This document shows, one piece after another, positions 61,794 to 64,000 of a stretch of 64,000 nt of DNA; the first letter of the stretch is position 1; every line of letters begins with the position of its first letter. The notes under the pieces are model-generated. The model saw nothing but the letters and a program-made list of their open reading frames with translations, had not been told where the DNA came from and made no database searches. This stretch comes from Eledone cirrhosa (taxonomy: Eukaryota). The translations under genes were made by a program, and so were the position numbers. The stretch is from assembly GCA_964016885.1 (NCBI GenBank), contig OZ024741.1:145390001-145454000 (forward strand). Reading direction: 5' to 3'.

Positions 61794-64000
61794 CATCATC
61801 ATCATCAACGTTTAACGTCCGTGTTCCACGCTTGCATGGGTTTGGACGGGGGTTTTCCCACTTGAGGCAAGAGTGATTATCTTGCTCGCATAGGACTATC
61901 TGGCGGGTTTTCTACAGCTGGATGCCCTTCCTAACACCAACCACATTTACAGTGTGGGGCTGGGAGGTTTTTACCGTGTTGCCTACACGGCCACATTACA
62001 GCGTGAACTGCGTGTTTTTTTGTCGTGACACCTACACGATCTCATTTGTTTCGGGCTGGATGTTGTGGCACCAACATAACTTTACATTGAAAGGGGCGGT
62101 GTGGATGGGTTGGGGGTGGTGGGACGGGGGTGTATTTTGTTAGAGATGCCTACTGACTGTAGTAGGTTATACTTTGTATTTAGGTAAGGCGGGTCTTCTC
62201 TATTACTGAGTACCGCCAAAGGTCTCGGTCCAGTGACATTGTCTTGGTGAGGTGTAAGTGTGTGGGGTTGGAATTTATCAGCTCGTCCCAGGCCTTTCTG
62301 GGTCTGCCTATGCCGTGGCTACCGTCTATCTTTATTGCCCTGCACTTTGTTATACAGCTATCGTCTTTCATGCGCATCACGTGACCATACCAACGTAGCC
62401 TTCTCTCGAGTAAACAACATCTGATCCCTCTTATTTCTATTTTTTTCCTTAGTTCGTTTATGCTTTGCCGTTCACGTATATTACTATTACACATCCAGCG
62501 GAGCATGCAATATTCGTTTCTCTCTAGTCTGCGTATATCCTCTGCACACAATGCCCAGGTCTCACTGCCATGCAACATTGCTGTTCGTATGCAGGCATCA
62601 TGCAACCCGCCTTATTTTCTTTCTTACAAACTAGAACTTTAGTCTTAGGCAGGTTAATTTTAAGGCCTTTTGATTCTAGGCCATGCTTCCATGTTTGGAA
62701 TTTCTTCTCTAGCTCGGCCATTGATTCAGCTATGAGTGTTAGGTCATCTGCGTATAGGAGTTCCCATGGGCAACTGGTCTTGAACTCCTCTGTTATAGCC
62801 TGAAGGGCAATAATAAATAGTAGGGGGCTGAGAACAGAGCCCTGATGGACGTCAACTTTTACGCTAAACTCTTCACTATATTCGTTGTTAATTCTAACCT
62901 TGCTGACTGTTTCTTTATACATGGCTTGTATAGCTCTCACAAACCATTCGTCAACACCTAGTTTTCTAAGAGCCCACCAGATAATGGAATGGGGGACTCT
63001 GTCGAAGGCTTTCTCCAAGTCGACAAAAGCTAAGTATAGGGGTTTACTTTTAGCTAGGTACTTCTCCTGTAGTTGTTGTACAATGAAAAGAGCGTCTGTG
63101 GTACTTTTGCCTGACACAAACCCGAACTGCATTTCATCTAGATCAATTCTGTCTCTGATTATTTGCGCTATTACTTTTTCTGTGACCTTCATGACCTGGT
63201 CGATTAATTTAATGCCTCTATAGTTACTCCTATCTAGGGCATCTCCTTTACCCATATAACAGTTAACGATGATGCTGCTACGCCAGTCCTTCGGAACAAC
63301 CCCACTCTGTACGACTTGGTTAACTATCCGGGTGACCATAGTGTGTCCCACCGTACCAGATGCCTTCAGCATCTCGGCAACTATTTCCTATGGCCCAGCC
63401 GCATTACCCGTCTTCATATCTTTGATTGCCTTACTTATTGTACTACCCTCGACTAACACTGCTGGTCCCTCTATTGGGTCGATGTGGGGGAGACTGTCTT
63501 TCTCCCATTTATTCTCGTCATTTAGTAGCCTTTCATAGTGACACTTCCAAGCTACCTTCTTATCAGCGTCAGTGATGGCAAGTACGCCGTCATCATTAAG
63601 TACACACTTCTCCCCGACAATATCACGGTTTTCCTTGACACATTGCCTAGCAATCCTGAACACCTCATGTTTTTGGTCCTCGCGTTGTAGAACATGCTTG
63701 AACTTTCTTTCCTCTGCTTCCCTTCTTGCGAAGTACACTTGTCTCCTAGCTTCCCTCCTGGCCACTTGATAGTCTTCTCTACTTCCCCCATCCCGCCATA
63801 CTTTCCAAGCCTGCTTTTTTGGCCTTAATTGACCCCTCCACCTTACTGTTCCACCACCATGTTACTCTCCTCCTGCCTACAGGCCTGCTCCAGCCACAGA
63901 CTTCGTCTGCCGCCATCAGCAGGTTTGCTTTCAGGAATTCCCACTGCTCCTCTATATTGTACGACTCTAATTGCTCTTCCTTACTGTCGAAAGCATCAAG
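61794..64000 (-). mobile_element. Young RTE LINE continuing beyond the window end, with an internal deletion
   Basis: Minus ORFs 63388-63765, 62524-63372 and 62180-62605 are near-identical to the 39477-43044 copy. (CAT)n tail at 61794-61806. PHD region deleted at about 62607. Confidence 0.96.

Overview
AT-rich, microsatellite-dense eukaryotic DNA. The repeat repertoire points to a coleoid cephalopod, most likely an octopus (inference). I recognise no host protein-coding exon, rRNA or functional tRNA, so the window is probably intronic or intergenic. Most ORF-track entries are translations of (TA)n/(CA)n/(GA)n/(GAT)n arrays. What is supported is a nested transposon graveyard: (1) about 12 copies of RTE-clade LINEs, including a near-full-length APE+RT copy at 39477-43044 and a young minus-strand copy at 61794-64000, with a C4HC3 PHD-like finger inserted after the RT core; (2) R4/Dong-like, Tx1/L1-like and CR1-like LINE remnants; (3) tRNA-derived SINEs; (4) two complete non-autonomous Helitrons with internal tandem arrays; (5) piggyBac-, pogo- and hAT-like MITEs; (6) a cluster of Penelope-like elements in fold-back or tandem arrangement, two with GIY-YIG remnants. 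The most interesting signal is a set of 8 type I hammerhead-ribozyme motifs from several unrelated short elements, read by eye. They have palindromic or near-palindromic stem III, two independent U3-A8 core variants, and one tandem pair 310 nt apart in a retrozyme-like arrangement. All calls are by-eye pattern recognition without database searches.
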